A DNA stretch of 64,000 bases, from NCBI RefSeq assembly GCF_009914755.1, contig NC_060934.1; one strand, given 5' to 3'. Positions 61,727 through 64,000 of this stretch are shown here, one piece after another (positions within the stretch are counted from its first letter, which is position 1; each line of letters opens with the position of its first letter). This stretch comes from the human T2T-CHM13v2.0 reference genome, Homo sapiens. The notes under the pieces are model-generated. The model did not search any database. It was given only the letters and a program-made list of their open reading frames with translations, and was not told the DNA's origin. The translations under genes and the position numbers were made by a program.

Positions 61727-63454
61727 TCATTGAAGTTGGAATCACTACACCCTCACCAGTGGACTCAACCACAGGCTGGGACCAATCCTATTTTGAATCT
61801 TGTGGGTCAAGGAATTCTAGCCAATTAGCTTGGGCAACTTGGTGTAAAGTCAGTCCTGCTATTGGTTCCACTTCTCCCTTAAGTCCCAATTCCCAATTCA
61901 AATAATTAGGTCCCAATTCAAATAATATCTGTTCCTGCTTGTTCTCACCTACCCCCAGAGGTTTGATTCTAGCCTCTGAATGTTGGCCTCACAGCTGAAA
62001 GCCTAGTACTTGCAATCAAAACTCCCCTCTGATGATACTCATTCATTTTGAGAATCCCAATCTCTGTTCCAAATACCTGCCCCTTGTTGAACCTCCCCAA
62101 CTTCAACGCTAGTAGTCTGAACTACTGTCTATTTTTTATTCATTCTAGACAAAATACTCTACCTGGCTGACTGGACTTGGTCTTGTCATCTGCTTTTCGG
62201 TAGATATCCTAAAGCAAGATGACTCACCTGTCAGTATGACCGACTAATCTTCCAGCTGTAGGTGTTCCTGATCTGGCCTATCTGTCACTAACCACTACCA
62301 GTTCTAGAAAACATGCTAAATAAGAAATACGTTCCAGAGAAAGATACAGAGGAATCAGAGGATTTGACAGATAAAAGAGTTCTATTATTGCGTCAGAAGG
62401 AAGTGATGCATGTTGGTAGTTCAAGAATCCCGTTTGAGGTGTATGTGTAGAGAGTTCACAGAAATCATATAGCTATATGAAGGGTGTATGGTATCTCTTA
62501 AGGGCATTCAATACATGATAGAGCCTATGAAGACTCAGGCCTAGGAACTCGGGCTTCCACTTTTGTTGATTTCTCAGAAAATGAATGGATTGATTCTCAA
62601 GGAGACTTCTAAAAAATATACTAAGTAGAAGAATCTGGCAGATGGTCTTCCCATCTACTCTTCCATGAAACGCTTGATTTCTTTTTTTTTTTTTTTAGAG
62701 ACAGGGTCTCACTCTGACACCCAAGCTGGAGTGGAGTGGACTTGCCCTCTGAAACAAGAAAACCTTAAACTCAGTTCTGAGAGAGAAAGTAAACAAGCTG
62801 CCAAGCCAGATGCTCTGGAAGATGACTATCTGACACAGAAAGCAGACACTCAGGCTGTGCAGTAATGCTCAGGTTAAAAAAAAAAAAGGAGGGGAAAAAG
62901 GCAGACTCATCAAGTACAGTCCTTAGGGATTTGGATAGCTATATACCAAAGTGAGGTGTATGGGTAACATTTGAAATGTTATTATAAGGAAACAGACAAG
63001 CACAGTTCCTCAGACTAGGCACAGATCAAATACCAGACTAACAAAAAGAGATACCTTTGCAGACCAAGAGTTAGTATATCATTAAGGAATTCCAGATTGA
63101 AATATACAATGAAAGGGTATGTATGAGGTAATAAATAAAGACAGGGAAGAAAGTAACGGTACAGACAGAGTATACACACATCAAACCCATATAGATACCT
63201 ATGAACCAGAGTGTGAAAGTACAGGGAAGAGCACTTGAATTAGGAGAAAAGGTCACAATAATTGAAGTACAGACACCTATAGTATACACAACCGCAGACA
63301 GTTGAGAAAAACTAGTACAAATATTGTAGCATTTTAGACCATCTGCCGAAAATCTAATTATACCAAAAAATAAGGTTTCCTTTTTTCGAGACAGGGTCTT
63401 GTACAGTGGTGTGATCATACCTTACTGCAGCCTTGAACTCCTGAGCTCAAGTGA

Positions 63455-63715
<261 letters not shown>

Positions 63716-64000
63716 TAATGATGTGATCCTTAGAAATGAGAGAACAGGCCAGGCACAGTGGCTCAAGCCTGTAATCCCAACACTTTGGGAGGCCAAGGCG
63801 AGTGGGTCACTTGAGCCCTTGAGTTCAAGGCAAGCCTGGGCAATACAGTGAGATCCTGTCTCTATTTAAAGAAAAAGAAAGAAATTAAAAAATGAAACAT
63901 GAGAAAACACAACCTTTTCATACTAAAACTTACAACAGCAAGAAAAGGAAACAGCGGGCTAGAATGAATGCTGTTGACTTCAAGTACATTTAAAAATGTT

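Overview
Human (primate) genomic DNA, very Alu-dense. It contains the 3' half of the insulin-degrading enzyme gene (IDE, insulysin, M16A metallopeptidase) on the minus strand. I read coding exons 12-25 directly (about R477 to the C-terminal ...MAAKL*). All have GT-AG boundaries and join in frame. They include the duplicated, mutually exclusive 145-nt exons 15a and 15b. A repeat-poor 3' UTR runs from 23729 down to roughly 21.0-21.5 kb. Positions 1 to ~20.9 kb are downstream intergenic DNA made of Alus, old L1s, LTRs, DNA-transposon relics and microsatellites. Nearly all ORFs in the supplied track are Alu or simple-repeat artefacts. I found no new multi-gene system. The most unusual signals are small-scale. 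(1) An 89-bp inverted templated copy with a snap-back hairpin junction replaces part of an Alu. (2) A 60-bp inverted repeat has a loop holding a ~37-nt retroposed LTR poly(A)-hairpin tail with a 14-bp TSD. (3) There is a Y5 RNA retropseudogene. (4) IDE introns carry iterated fold-back scars. (5) There are two candidate poison exons with consensus splice sites. (6) The IDE 3' UTR has two miR-7 8mer sites. Repeat family names are from recognition by eye and need RepeatMasker/Dfam confirmation.
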